Shown here: positions 23,497-24,106 of the stretch, one piece after another
How positions within the stretch are numbered: the first letter of the stretch is position 1
Layout: every line of letters starts with the position of its first letter
IMG/VR virus record: IMGVR_UViG_3300020044_000617
Location: 1 to 24,106 of that record
Direction: 5' to 3' (one strand)
DNA: 24,106 bases
Origin: a virus
Taxonomy: Duplodnaviria; Caudoviricetes
The notes under the pieces: generated by a model
What the model saw: only the letters and a program-made list of their open reading frames with translations
What the model was told of the DNA's origin: nothing
Database searches by the model: none
Translations under genes and position numbers: made by a program

Positions 23497-24106
23497 ATGC
23501 CTACTAGGTATCTGAAATCAGGTATTCGCGACAGCGAAGCCATCGAAAAACTTTCCCCATTAGCGGAAAATCTTTACTACCGATTGCTTGTAACGGTAGA
23601 TGATTTTGGGCGATACGATGCCCGCCCCCCAATGATTAAAGCGGCTTGTTTTCCCGTAAAGGATTCAATCAACGCTACTAAAACCGAAGTTCTGATGAAA
23701 GAACTTGCAGAAAACGGTTTGATTGAAATTTATATGGTTCAGGGCAAGCCATATTTACAAATGACAAAATGGGACAACATCCCCCGTGCAAAAGAAAGCA
23801 AGTTCCCTGCAAATACATACGATGATATACAACTGCATACAACTGTATGCGACATACATACGAATGTACCTTTAACCGTAACCGAAACCGAAACTAAAAC
23901 CGTAACTAAAACAGCAACACCGCCTGAAGGCGTTTCATCCGAAATTTGGGAAGAATTTAAATCTTTAAGAATTAGAAAACGCGCACCCGTAACACCGCGG
24001 GTTGTTGACAACATCAAAGAAGAAGCCAACAAAGCGGGTTGGACATTGGAAAAAGCATTAACGGAATGTTGTGTTCGTGGTTGGTTAGCATTTAAAGCCG
24101 ATTGGG
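23497..24106 (+). CDS. Phage replication initiator protein (3' truncated by the window; not in ORF track)
   Basis: Open from ATG 23497 to the window end: MPTRYLKSGIRDS...LYYRLLVTVDDFGRYDARP...(winged-helix-like)...TVTETETKT linker...IWEEFKSLR.RKRAP.T...RGWLAFKADW; position downstream of cro. Confidence 0.8.
   Translation, partial: MPTRYLKSGIRDSEAIEKLSPLAENLYYRLLVTVDDFGRYDARPPMIKAACFPVKDSINATKTEVLMKELAENGLIEIYMVQGKPYLQMTKWDNIPRAKESKFPANTYDDIQLHTTVCDIHTNVPLTVTETETKTVTKTATPPEGVSSEIWEEFKSLRIRKRAPVTPRVVDNIKEEANKAGWTLEKALTECCVRGWLAFKADW
23814..23912. repeat. Putative iterons / replication origin inside the initiator gene
   Basis: Repeated (T)ACATACGA(A)TG and ATACAACTG units, palindrome GCATACA-AC-TGTATGC (23835-23850), then A-rich AACCGTA/AACCGAA/AACTAAA repeats. 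Confidence 0.6.

Noticed and set aside
23739-24032. Minus-strand 97-aa ORF
   Set aside because: It is antisense to the replication initiator, which the track missed because it runs off the window.

Overview
Part of a tailed (siphovirus-like) dsDNA phage genome with lambdoid-type organisation; no integrase or CI repressor is visible. 1-18673 (+) is the late operon: tape-measure C-terminus, distal-tail and hub proteins, a GNAT acetyltransferase, a 1647-aa tail-tip protein, a BppU-like adaptor, two Gly-Pro-Thr collagen fibre genes, a six-LamG adhesin, a methyltransferase/GT2 glycosyltransferase/TPR fusion, small membrane proteins, a holin and a GH24 endolysin. 18665-22896 (-) is the early operon: MazG-like pyrophosphatase, SSB-like protein, YqaJ exonuclease, ERF recombinase and small ORFs, the first three of which each sit behind a copy of a ~110-bp promoter/operator/leader repeat. 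23040-end (+) holds a leaderless Cro-like gene, a C4-like structured RNA and a replication initiator with an embedded origin. The main leads are: (i) a putative collagen-fibre glycosylation system; (ii) a fibre domain split across two genes; (iii) three repeated promoter-gene cassettes sharing one operator and a covarying leader hairpin; (iv) two intergenic structured RNAs. All calls come from reading motifs by eye; no database searches were run.
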